In this document: positions 1 through 12,473 of the stretch, piece by piece
Position numbering within the stretch: position 1 is the first letter of the stretch
Layout of the letters: each line of letters begins with the position of its first letter
From: Tubulanus polymorphus
Lineage: Eukaryota > Animalia > Nemertea
NCBI RefSeq assembly: GCF_964204645.1
Contig: NC_134034.1
Coordinates: 10,552,962-10,616,961 of the forward strand
Direction of reading: 5' to 3'
Length of the DNA stretch: 64,000 nt
Program-made: the position numbers and the translations under genes
The notes under the pieces: model-generated
Told to the model about the DNA's origin: nothing
What the model saw: only the letters and a program-made list of their open reading frames with translations
Database searches by the model: none

Positions 1-69
1 CGTGCAAATGGTGTTGTGCATCTCGAGTGTTTGTGCTCATGCGGTCAAATCAAGTCTCTTCATGGTTGT

Positions 70-385
70 AGGAGGCACCTTTCATTGTCCGTTGTGGCAA
101 ATAAAGGTTTCACGGTTGAGACCTGCACTGTCGGGAGGCACCTTTCATTCTCCTTTGTGGTAAATGAGGGTTTCACGTTTGAGACCTGCACTGTCAGGAG
201 GCACCTTTCATTCTCCTTTGTGGCAAATGAGGGTTTCACGGTTGAGACCTGCACCGTCAGGAGGCACCTTTCATTCTCCTTTGTGGTAAATGAGGGTTTC
301 ACGTTTGAGACCTGCACTGTCAGGAGGCACCTTTCATTCTCCTTTGTGGCAAATGAGGGTTTCACCGTTGGGACCTGCACTGTTG
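70..385. repeat. 63-bp tandem minisatellite, about 5 copies
   Basis: Unit ~ggaggcacctttcattctcctttgtggYaaatgagggtttcacgtttgagacctgcactgtca; gives the 21-aa periodicity seen in ORFs 16..417 and 60..380. Confidence 0.9.
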
Positions 386-642
386 GTAGTCATGTTTCAT
401 GTTTACCACTACACTGATATATTTGATGATGGCTGTTGGCCCGCGCTCTTGTTTTGATGGCTGATTTTTTCAAATGATGGTTCTAGGGATTGTTGTGAGA
501 ATTTTACTGCCATTTTGATAAGGAAAATCTTGCACGTAATAAAACATAATATAAAGGGAATGTATAGGAATTCCGTATGCACTGAATTTTGACTAGAAAA
601 AGGGAATTTTTTTTTTTTACCAGCCTGGTAAAGTTATGGAAA

Positions 643-906
643 TTTTTTTTTCTTTTTTTTTCTCTACGGCTATGGAAAAGGTATGGAGAAACAGAAAATG
701 GTCTCAAAATAAATTCTATTTTGAATTTTAGGTTATATGCCTGAATGACTGACTACACATTTGATAACAAACTTTTTTTTTTTCTTTTTTTTTCTCTACG
801 GCTATGGAAAAGGTATGGAGAAACAGAAAATGGTCTCAAAATAAATTCTATTTTGAATTTTAGGTTATATGCCTGAATGACTGACTACACATTTGATAAC
901 AAACTT
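643..906. repeat. Tandem duplication of about 132 bp
   Basis: tctctacggctatggaaaagg...catttgataacaaacttt starts at 661 and again at 793; each copy is preceded by a poly-T tract. Confidence 0.85.
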
Positions 907-1579
907 TATGAAAACGCTTTAACACTTTATTGATAATTGGCACTTATTTACTTTGATTGGGCCTACATTGCCTGTTCTAAGTTGGCGCTGTATAACTCAA
1001 GGGTATGGAATAGTCATAATCTGGGTATGGAAAGTCAAATTGAATGTATAGGAATTCCGTTTTCACTGTGGCAATTTTATTTTGTTTATCTCCATTCATA
1101 GGCGCCAAAGTCTCCGAATAGCTCGGGTTTCGCTTGGATTTGGATCCACATGCGCCACCTCTCGCCGCTTGACTGGTATGAAGTTCAAAATTCGGACGGC
1201 GGCGTCTGCCCTTGCAGCTGCGGCCCGAATCCGGCCGGGATTCTTTCGAATCGGGGTTGAATATGATTCTTTTCGTCGGCTTCTCGCCAAATTCGGAAAT
1301 ACGACTCGTCGAAATCGCGTTTCATTTCTTTTCGTATATTTTCGTCCATACATTCTACTGAGGCAGCAGCAATTTATACGATTCTGTATCTACATATACA
1401 CGTTTAGTTTATACGTATGAAATGCCGTAATGACGATACTTGACGGCTTAAGACGTCATACATGTGTGCGTGTCGGGTCGCATTGCTCAAAAGTCGGTTA
1501 ATCTTTCGATCTTGAAGATGGTAAATGTCCCTCTCCTATTCGTTCGCTTGATTTCGATTCGATTCGGTGGTGTCCATGA

Positions 1580-1673
1580 TAGTCAGTAACCTGTCTGTGG
1601 TTTAGTTTCACGATCGGATATTAAGCCCATCCGATAATAAAAAGCTTACCGCCAACGATTAGGTAACTAACTA
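1580..1673. mobile_element. Mutator-like MITE (TAGTC termini, 9-bp TSD)
   Basis: TIRs tagtcagtaacct / aggtaactaacta; flanks tgtccatga / tgtccataa; related copy at about 16127-16232. Confidence 0.6.
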
Positions 1674-1902
1674 TGTCCATAATGAACCCGCCAGTCGGGA
1701 GTGAAACGGGGGGGGGGGGGTTTGATTTCGAAATCGGGAATCAAAATACAGGATATATATAAAGAAGTATTTCAACGTACAATTTTTATCGTCGTTTCGT
1801 CAAAGTTTGCCAACGGATAACTGTAACCAACTTTTGAGTAATTGAAGCCGGGTGTGAATGGTTAGGGCCTTTCGGATAGAATGGCGCCTCCGTAAGCCTT
1901 AT

Positions 1903-2108
1903 CAGGGTCCGATCTAAGGATTAAAAGCCACTCGCCCGTGGGCTAAGCGTATCTGAAATTTCATTTGCCCCCTCTCAAAAATCAACCGCGGCCTTCACAA
2001 GCAGTCCAAACGGTGACACGATCTTCCGTCGTATGAAAAGTGGGAAAAAAGCTTTAATGATAATATACTTGTCCCGGGCGATCGGACGAGGGCTTGGATC
2101 GCACCCTG
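1903..2108. mobile_element. Non-autonomous TIR element (cagggtccgatctaag termini, possibly hAT-like)
   Basis: Ends cagggtccgatctaag / cttggatcgcaccctg; related copies at about 4877-5060 (inverted, partial) and about 10766-11020. TSD is not clean. Confidence 0.5.
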
Positions 2109-3056
2109 CTTATCATCATTAGCAATATTTTGAAGTTTTTTCTGCCGCACTAAGCATATAGGGGCTCCTTGAAAAATACCCATAAACGCAGTACGTGTAC
2201 GCGCACCTATACAGTGTATGGTGGTGTATGTGTGTCGTCGTAACGTCGTGTATGAGTTTCATTTTATATCCTACGTGGTACGCGGCAATAATCGCAATCA
2301 TCATCGCCATCGGATACGGCCGAGTAACCGAGCATCCTAGCGACGTTAAAAATTCATTTCGATCATCGCATTAAAACCCGATATGCGTTCAGATTTTTAA
2401 AATGACTAATTCGAAAATTTAGACGAAGTGTTGTCAACAAGGTAATGGCATTATTCATCGTTCCCGCCGAACTTGGAAATCGGGAAAAACTTGGCAATTT
2501 GAAATGATAATTCCCAGTTTGGAAATATTCGGGAATTTGAAAGATTTTCCTCAAATCAGTGAAATATCTTGGAAATTCATTTACATTTCACGTATTGTAT
2601 TTGCCAAGGCGAACTTTCTTAAGCAATTTCTCTTCATCAACCAGTCAATACTAAAATGTTGACTGTAGTATGATGGTATCTATTCATTTCTATGAAGGCT
2701 TCATTTCCCACTTGGGAAATTTGAAAAATCACCCATGAAATACTTGGGAATTCTGAATTCATGTGGGAACCATGATTATTCCATCGGTTATCTATTGTGA
2801 ATATTTTGAATGTTTTGTAATTCGTTAGCAGGCGGGATTTTATGTTCATTCTGGTTTCATCGCGGTTCCTCAAAATATATGTCGAGCGTGTATGTATGTA
2901 TGTATGTATGTATGTATAGCGTATAGCTTAGATTTTGTACATAAATCAATTAAAGGTAAAATATGATGATATCATTAATTAGTGCGACTAGATATAGATT
3001 AGTTGATATATCTACGAAACAAACAATTGCATTTGTTATTTAACTCGTGTACCTAG

Positions 3057-3058
<2 letters not shown>

Positions 3059-3126
<68 letters not shown>
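3059..3126. repeat. (TA)n microsatellite
   Basis: About 33 TA units. Also (TATG)n at about 2890-2917 and (ATT)n at about 5558-5630. Confidence 0.95.
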
Positions 3127-3129
<3 letters not shown>

Positions 3130-3730
3130 TATTACGTGGGCTTAGAATAAGTTACATTCAGCTAGGATCGAACATGCTATATGCTAATTAGCATACGACG
3201 GAAATGACCTTGCGATGAAAATTCGTTTGACCTTTCACTATTTCGAAATGGCTTCTCGACGCGGCGATACGCACGACACTCGAGTCTGAATAGCTTATTG
3301 CGGCTTATTGTCGCCTTTTTTCAAGACGTGGAATATCGGCGCCGAGTGCGGTGTATCTTGAACTAGCGAAAAAAAATATTCACGGAAAAGGACGGTGGTC
3401 GAAAAACGAACGGAAGAACGTAATTCCAAAAAAGAGGGGCGTTCGTTCGGTGTAAATAGAAGTAAATGCGCGTAAACCGGTAAAAAATCTGAATTTGTAA
3501 ATAAAAAACTCTTAATATACGATGATATGTTTGTATTTATGGTACGAGTACACCGTCTCCTGCACTCCTCGCATCAAGTGTTTTATATATTATATTCATG
3601 ATGTTCGCAGAGGTAGAAGAGAATTTTGGGGGTATGGAAAATATGCTAGACCTGTGTGGTTGCTTGTTTCAAAGCTGCGTTTTTAATTTTTATCGCAAAA
3701 AGCACTGTTGATGTTTGAAATTACCGCGCG

Positions 3731-3895
3731 GATTCACCAGGTGTCGCTAGTGAGCAGTAGGACGTAAACTACTGCAGCACTAGAGGATTCCACTTGTGGT
3801 AAGTCAGGATCCACCAGGTGTCGCTAGTGTGCAGTAGGACATGAACTACTGTTGCATAAAAGTATCCACTTGTAGCAAGTGAGGATCCACCAGGT
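3731..3895. repeat. About 76-bp tandem repeat, 2.2 copies
   Basis: gat(t/c)caccaggtgtcgctagtg...ccacttgt repeated at about 3732, 3808 and 3883 (partial). Confidence 0.75.
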
Positions 3896-4664
3896 ACTCG
3901 GATCGAATTCGCTTCAACTTTTTGACCACTGTCGACCTATTTTGATCCCGAGCAACAATCTTGAAGAGACGGAACTGAGGTCCTTAGCTTTATTTTCTTT
4001 CTAGCAACTACCGGTAAAGATTGTGATGGAAACGTGTCTGCTGCTATTCAAATGTTCGCAGACGGTTTTCACGATGAAGAAACAAAAAAGTGTTTGTTAT
4101 CTGTTCCACTAAAGAAAGGTGGAGACTGTAGAAGGGCATTATACAAATCAGGAGGCTAATAGAGAAAGGGGTAGACAGGGTTGGTCAGTCGGCTATGGGG
4201 GTTCGCATCCAGTCCAGGGGTGGGTTACATTTCCGAATATTGGGCATCGTGAAAATATCTATATATGTGTAGGCAAAATGTCTGTAACATTACGTTTTAA
4301 TTGGTGTTATCTAACTTAAAATGATTTTAGTTGCAAGTGCGATTAATCGTAATTTCGACCTTGAGAATTTTCCGGAGCTGACCTAGTTACCTCAACTCTT
4401 GTTCGAAGCAGATTGTTTGTTGACTGTAATTAAGGTCTATTTATTGTAATTGTAGGTCTATTTATGTTTGTCTGCGATCGATTTTTTGGAGATATTTCGA
4501 TTAATCTTTTGAACGCATACCTCACAATTCGGTGTCGATACGACTATTGAAACCGCGTGAAGTCTCTGAATAAACCATCGTTGTTGTATCTATTTTACAC
4601 TGAATTGAAGGATTTACAAATGAGTCGCCTTCAACTCATATCGAAAACAGAAAAGATCAGCCAT

Positions 4665-4792
4665 GGCCCAGTTTCACGAAAAAGTTTAAGCCTAAAACGG
4701 TTAAGTTTGAATTGTTGTCCTCATTGAAAACATGAAGTAACCAATGGAAATTACACCAAAAATTTGAGTTAACTTTTTTGTGAAACTGGGCC
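4665..4792. mobile_element. PIF/Harbinger-like MITE
   Basis: TIRs ggcccagtttcac / gtgaaactgggcc; flanks cat / cag. Confidence 0.6.
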
Positions 4793-5596
4793 CAGTTTTC
4801 AGTTTTTAACAATACGTTTCCATACCTACCAACCATTTTAGATAATTTGAAAATGATTTCAAACGGTAGGCATATGCAGGGTCCGATCTAAGCCCTAGTC
4901 CGATTGCCCGGGGCAAGTATATTATCAAAAGGGCAAGTAGGTTATTATCATCACTTGTCCTCCGGGCTAGTGCATTTTAATGGCTCGAAGCTTTTCCCCA
5001 ATCGATACAACAGTTGAACTGCGTGTAGGACAAGTAGATTTTTGAGGGGGCAAGTAAAATTTGAGATATGCATATGGAAACATATTGTTAAAATTGGTTT
5101 GGTTCATTAAATGGAGGGTCTTATTTTCTGACTCCGAATTCAAATGAGACAATAATGAATACAACTTTTGAGCGATTATTTCGTGTAAATACAATGCAAT
5201 AAAATGATATTCGATTTTAGTTTCCAAGGGTCACTCATTTATTACGTACGCATTAGGGAAGGGGGGTCAGTGCAGTTGTGTACTGTAATGCTTAATGTAT
5301 ATGAAAAATGGCCGATTTTGTGTAGAGGGGGGGGTTAGAAATTCAAATTTCACGCGTACGTATTAAACAGTGATCCCTTAAGGTAATTCGCGTGTAACAT
5401 GTGGCCAGATTTGTAGTGACGACGGTGTTATCTAGAAAATGAGCATTTATTTTGCCGAGTCAAAACTTTTCGTTCGTACATTTAAAACTTAAATGATATA
5501 TATATGTCTACGATTAATTATATGTATATATATATTATTGTAACTGATAATACTTCTACTATTATTATTATTATTATTATTAACATAAATATTATG

Positions 5597-5631
<35 letters not shown>

Positions 5632-7323
5632 TCAATGATAATGTACAACTGAAAAAGGACATGAGATCTGTGTGATAAATACTATATAAATAAACATGCA
5701 CCTGTACATGTAACTTAACATGCACATGTGTTGACATGCACCTGTTCATGCCGAACATTTTCCAAACGCTGTATAATAGATTCTGTGTGAAGCAATATAG
5801 TTATATAATTATTATATGAATAAGCGTATTTCATGCCGAATTTAGCTTTTTGGGTTTTGACGAAACTCGAACGAAACTGAAATTTAAAATGTTAAACCTT
5901 CGCTTTGTGCGTTTTGGCCGCGCGAAAGAATATGTTTTCTTCACAGTTTGACGTATGGCTAAAGGGTTAAAACATTGAAAACGAACTTTATCAACTTATT
6001 ATGGAGGAACTGTTGGTCGTGGAACAAATTTTAATGTTTTACAGATTCGATATTTTACCCCGGCGCATAAACTGTGTATAATATGTGTTAAGATACGACT
6101 TGAAAGAAAACAAAAACAAAAGAACCAACCGAAATTGATCGTTTTCCTTTAGATGTTATTTTTTGTCAATGCTACCTTGAATCGAATAAAAGGTGAATAT
6201 GTATTTATTTTCAGGAAGATTTATGAGTTGTGTTGTTTTTTTGTTGTTGTTTTGTCTCTCAAACTTGTATTGGAATTGTTGGAGTCATGTGCATCTTGAA
6301 TCTCTCGACTGAATACAGACAATTCTAGATTGAAGTACATTTTCCCGATTGAAGAAACTACATGTAGACAACGCCCCCCATCCAAGACCCCCAAATAAAC
6401 TGAAACTAGGTCCATGAATCGCAATATGTCCAAATATTATCACATGTTCGCCGTCTATTGGAATTAGCGCTGCATTTCAATGACAAATAGGTTTACGATT
6501 TTTACGATGAAACATTTTCACACGCGCCATCTTTCGAAAACATGTAGAAATTAACTTAGAAATCGGGACTTCATTTATCCTATATTCAGCATCTCGAGTC
6601 AGGACCAGTGTTAAAATAGATTGGGACGGTTCCAACCCGGGATATCATCGTCTATATCCAGCTTCTTCCTGCTCCAAACACAGCCTTGTGATTGCCAAAT
6701 GCGTATGATACGATAAAGCAGTCAATGAAATATGATTTGAAACAATAATGTTTATTCAAAACAAAGTTACAAATGCAGGCGGCTCTTTAGATAACAACGA
6801 ATCATTTTGGGATGAAAATAAAATTTCCCTCCCGAGATAATGGATGATTTGGTCATCAATCTTTCAGGAACTGTATTTCTAGTTATTGTCTGTATAGCAT
6901 ACATTCATTCCCCTGAAAATAAAAATCATCGACATTTCAATTTACAAGTCTGTTGTGAATTGTTTAAACACCGATTTTTGAGTCTACATGTCTTAAGTAC
7001 GGCGGTATAACGCTCATAATGAATGAAATAATTGGTAGGTGGGTAATCTTTCTGGGGCATGACCAGAGCATCCCTGGATCCGCCGATCGGGAGGCAATAC
7101 CAGTGGAGACGGTAAAACCACTTTCCCAGAATGGACAGTAAATATCCCCAAGCTGTCAATTTTCAGACCCTAAACCTGACAGCCTAGAAGATCACATTAT
7201 CCTGCCGGGAGGATGAGAAAATCAATTCAGGATTCGAACGAACTTGGATTAAACAACGTTTTGTTGGAACTTAGATAAATTCAGGATTCGAACCGTCACT
7301 CGCGTCAAGCTTCGAAATCAAAC

Positions 7324-10300
7324 ATGGCGGCTTCCGATCTGGAGACGGCGACTGCGCTTCTGGAGACAAATAAACCCAAAGCCATCGAAATACTTCACCG
7401 CATAGGTATTTATCAGTCTAGATAGCGAGATATTTTATAGATACTTCGAATGAGGGATCGTTTTCGGAAATTGAACGGATATTTCGGTCGTAATTTTCAA
7501 TTCGAATCGAAAACCGGTGAAATTTTGCACTGTCACACAACAGACTCGGCGGTTAGTCTGTGTATACTCTGTTCTCTCACTGCGCCTCTGATTTTTTTTC
7601 CAGTGAAAAATGAAGTCGATTCGAATAACGACGAAAGCGTTAAAATCAAGGAGCAAGCGATACTTCATCTCGGCGACCTGCTGTCACAGACTAAACAGGC
7701 TAAAGGTAAAATAAACTCTAGCCTCAATTTCAAAACCTAATAGGCCTACATTACTAAAACATTGAACCTCTTCGTTATTACGATTCTGTTTAAGATGAGG
7801 CCCGTTTATTAGCGTGTTTAGCCCGATTTCTAGCGTGTCCTAGCTATGATATTTGTATCAACGAAAAATTTGAATAACTACGACGGTTATAGTCTAGTAC
7901 CTAGCCGTCATTCTACAAACAACGTCAGGGGCGAAAGTGCTCATATAAGGTTAATTTTCGTCCGTCATTTTGAGGGACGAGGCTTTTAGCGTCTATTTCA
8001 CCCCTTAAAACACCATCAACTTACCTCAAACTGACTGTTCTGTAATCAGACGGAAGTTAACTATTGTTTGTGCATAAATTTGTAATCCTAAGTAGCTTTT
8101 GACGATCGTAGTAGCTCAAAACTTCTGACTAGTCGCCTCAAAAAATGATTGAAGTGAAGCAACGACTGGTATTCAGACTATGATGGGTATTAATGTTAAT
8201 CTGGGGGTTAACTCATTTCATTTTCCAATGAGTTAGCCCCTGGGTTAAAGTTTATTCCAGTCTATAGAACTGAGCCCAGGGGCCGGTTGCACAGTCATGG
8301 CTTAGAATTAGACCAGTCTAAACTCATTTTGGTTCTATATTATTGGTCTATTACATAGCCCAAAATCTCTTGGGCGCACAGGTTCCCGCTCGGCGCCCAC
8401 CAGTCTATATCTATAGCCGATCAGGTGTTTTTACCGGCACAACATCACTGCTCTATAAATCCCACGCATCTGATTGGCTAGATATAAAGACTGGTGGGCG
8501 CTGAGCGGGAACCTGTCTACCCCAGAAATGGTGGGCGACGTAATAAGACCAATGAAGGGTTTGCGGCCAGCGTGAGCTTCAGCGGGCGGCAATCAAACCC
8601 TGGCAAGCGAGAATGGTGCAACTTGGCCCCAGGAGAGTTGTAAATGGGCGGAAAGTGGCGCCAACCTGATCATGAATTATGCGTACGGTATATCGACTTA
8701 ATACGGTTTCTCTATTTTCGTTACCGCGTAGAGCTGGCCGGTTTGATCAAGTTCACGCGACCGTTTCTTGCGTGCGTCAGTAAAGCTAAAGCCGCTAAAC
8801 TTGTCCGAGGTCTCGTCGATCAGTTCCTCGATATGGAAGCCGGAACCGGCGAGGAGGTGGAACTCTGCAAGGAGTGCATCGAGTGGGCGAAAGATGAGAA
8901 ACGTACATTCCTGCGACAAGCTTTAGAGGTGAGCGGCGCGTGTCGTCGAGCGAGGGGGGATCAATAGTAGAATGATGTTACAGGGGATCAATGGATGAGA
9001 TGATGTCATAGGGGGATTTATATGAAAGTAGTCATCTTTTCTAGAAGGGTTTGTGGAACAACTTGATGATGTTGTGGGGGGGGATATATGGTGGCAGCCA
9101 TCTTTCCTGATAATTTATAGATTTCAATTCGCTACATAATTTGATGATGTCATAGGGGGATTTATGGTGGCAGCCATCTTTCCTGATAATTTATAGATTT
9201 CAATTCGCTACATAATTTGATGATGTCATAGGGGGATTTATGGTGGCAGTCAACTTTCCTGATAATTTATAGATTTCGATTCGCTACGTAATTTGATGAT
9301 GTCATAGGGGGATTTATGGTAATTACATGATGTCATACGGAGATTTATGGTAATTACATGATGTCATACGGTGACTTGATAATGGAAAAATGATATTTGA
9401 TTTTAGACTCGCTTGGTGGCGCTGTACTACGAGACGGCGACGTATCAGCCGGCGATCGCGCTCGTGTCGTCGCTGCTCCGCGAGTTGAAGAAACTCGACG
9501 ATAAAGCACTGCTCGTCGAGGTGCAGCTACTCGAGAGTAAAGTCTACCACGCCCTCACAAATCTACCGAAAGCAAGGTGCGTGTTTCGTATAGTACAGTA
9601 ACTTCAAAAACTGATCGTCCACACTTCAACATGTGTTCAGTGCTTCATCTGAGACATTTTTAATTGAAAATGAACTACAAACACCAGATATTAGACATTT
9701 TATCGACACACTTTCAAAAACTGATCGTCCACACTTCACATTTACCTTTATTTGATATTGATTATTTCAGGGCTGCTCTGACATCGGCCCGTACGACCGC
9801 TAATGGTATTTACTGTCCTCCAAAACTACAAGCCGCATTAGACAACCAATCAGGTAATCTCTTCACAACGACGCAAGCCATCAGCCTGGAAAAAACTGTA
9901 CAATCCCTGATTATTAATCCTTAAGCTACCGACCCTAATTAGTACACGCCACAAATTATAATCGGCGGCAGGTTAGAGCCAGTTAGAAGCTAGGTTTGGC
10001 ATTTCGTCAGTAAAACTTGTATTGTGTTGCAAGGTTCCACTGCTGAAAGATTTACTCGCTATCAGTGCTAGGTGACGAGCGGGTTCAAGTCCAGCTGTGG
10101 CTGCTTACACTTATACACTGTCGGGGCCTGTTAAACGAAATTCCCATTTTCCAAAAATTTACAGAACCCGTAACAACAATCCTGACAACAAACTTTGGAG
10201 ATACATGTTCATCGGGATCCAGTTCCACAGTTGTGAGTTAGAGTTAACTATGAGTTAAAATTATTTCGTTTTCGACGAGTTAACTCAGAGTCAAATCTTA

Positions 10301-12431
10301 ACTCACAACTGTGGAACTGGGTCCTGAATTTAATTTCTTTAAAACTTCTCATTTGTGGCAGGTATTCTGCACGCGGCCGACGAGAAAGACTTCAAAACGG
10401 CGTTCTCGTATTTCTACGAGGCGTTCGAAGGCTACGACTCGATCGACAGCCCGAAAGCCGTCACGTCGCTGAAATACATGTTGATGTGTAAAATAATGCT
10501 GAACGTGTGAGTACTGCTCGTTTATATATATCCCTAAAGATGGCGCCACTGGAAATAAATAGAATTTCTACCTCTTTCCAGTAGGGTCTTTACGACTCCT
10601 TGATTTCTTAAAAACTCCTAAATGGAGGGTGCTTTTAAAGTTAAAAGTCCTTTAATTTGAGCAAAATGCCTAAAACTCCTTCTGAGAAATAGGCAATTAG
10701 GAATTTACTACTGGGAGAAGGCGCAAAATCAGTACAGTTGAGACCAGGATTTGTTTTGTTACCCTCGGGTCCGATCTAAGAAATGAAAGCCACTTGCCCG
10801 GAGGGGGCAAGCATATTTGAAATTTTGCTTGCCCCCTCCAAAAGCTACTTGCCCTGCATGGGCTGTCCGATTGGTGGCACTATCATCCGTTGTGTATCGA
10901 GTGGGAAAAAACTTTGTGACATAAAATAGCCCCGTGGACAAGTGATAATGATAACCTACTTGCCCTGATGAGAATATACTTGTCCCGTGCGATCGGACAT
11001 GTGCTTAGATCGGACTCTAGGAGGTTATCAAAATGGAAGCAGAGTTTAGTAAAAAGCATAAAAAATCGCTTGTAAAACTACCGCTACCCAATTACCGGTT
11101 TATGGAGATAAACAGTACCGATTTAGTAGGAGTCTGCTGTAATTGATATGACAGTGATGCAGAAGCTTCATCAAAATTTGAAATCGTCTCCTTAACCCTT
11201 TCAGTGCGTCTACACCGCATGTGTATGAATCGGTGATGGATTTTGCTAGTACACCGCATAGCGGTGTATTGGTGTAATCAGTAATTAGTTTTTATCTCTA
11301 TTGAAAGATGGCAGCACCTGTCAAACATAGTGAAATACTAGTAACTAACGATACACCGCGCCAGGGTGTAGACGCACTATAGTGATATTCCCGTTATTCA
11401 ACACACTAGGGTGGAATTTTTAAAAATTTTCAAATTATCTCCAGCACTATAGGGTATTGATTAGTCAGCACTGAAAGGGTTAAAAACTCATCAAATCCAG
11501 GAATAACTGATCAGTAGGCATCCTGTAGACTGTAATCAAATCGATATTTTTGAACGAAATAGTTTATTTAAGTGACGTGTATTCGTGTTTGATTTCAGCG
11601 CGGACGAGGTGCAGACGATCGTCAGCGGTAAACTCGCACTCAGATACGCCGGGCCCGAAATCGAAGCGATGAAGAGTATCGCGCAGGCGAGCCACAAGAG
11701 GTCGCTAGCTGACTTTCAAATCGTGAGTATGACAGCGTTATCGGGGTGGCGACCTGGGAAAACCTCATCTTCACCCGTCAAGGGATTCGAACCCACTACG
11801 CTAAAGCTGTTCACTGAACCCCTTGACCTCACGAGTCGTTGGAGTCGTTACTAGCCGACCAGAATCCGGTCGTACCAATCACAGCGCTTGTAACAAACGA
11901 CTTTAGGCTTCTATTGGTTTTCCTGATAAATAGACCAATCAGCGAACTTTTTACTGAACAAGGAAGTATTTCGAAAATCGATATATGACGTCATGCGCAA
12001 CAGCGCCAGTAATGAAATCACGCTTCGTGAGGCCAGGGGGCTGGTGGAAGCGAGTTCGGGAGTGATACCGGACCCCTGGCAAGCGAGGATGGGAAAACCT
12101 GGGAAATTCAGATAATGTTATTGACTGCGTGTTTCTTTATCAATGATGTGATGCGTATTTTGTTCCCCTCACCTCCGGTAAGACTTAATAAAATACAGAT
12201 ATTGACTATGACGAGGTGCATCTTTTATTTTCTTCACTACAAGACGTTTCGGCCTTCAAGCCTTCATCAATTGAGAATTGAATTAGACGGTTGAAGCAAC
12301 AATACATCGTTGATAAGGAAACATTATACCCGCAAATAAAATACAAATATGGAATTAACAACATGAGAATGAATGGATTAACAAGTACGAGCTTTCACAG
12401 ATATATTATACATAGTAATAATGATAATCAA

Positions 12432-12473
<42 letters not shown>

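Noticed and set aside
16-417. ORFs of 133 and 106 aa on both strands
   Set aside because: They arise from a stop-free 63-bp tandem repeat; no recognisable domain or splice context.
1082-1420. GC-richer patch with overlapping ORFs
   Set aside because: No recognisable protein in the frames checked and no consistent exon chain; could be an unrecognised exon or transposon relic.
4005-4118. Exon-like segment (ttctag|...aag|gtggag; TTGKDCDGNVSAAIQMF...)
   Set aside because: Single candidate with no partner exons or homology that I can support.
10065-10110. tRNA/SINE-like gggttcaagtcc motif
   Set aside because: No cloverleaf or clear A box; too short to call.
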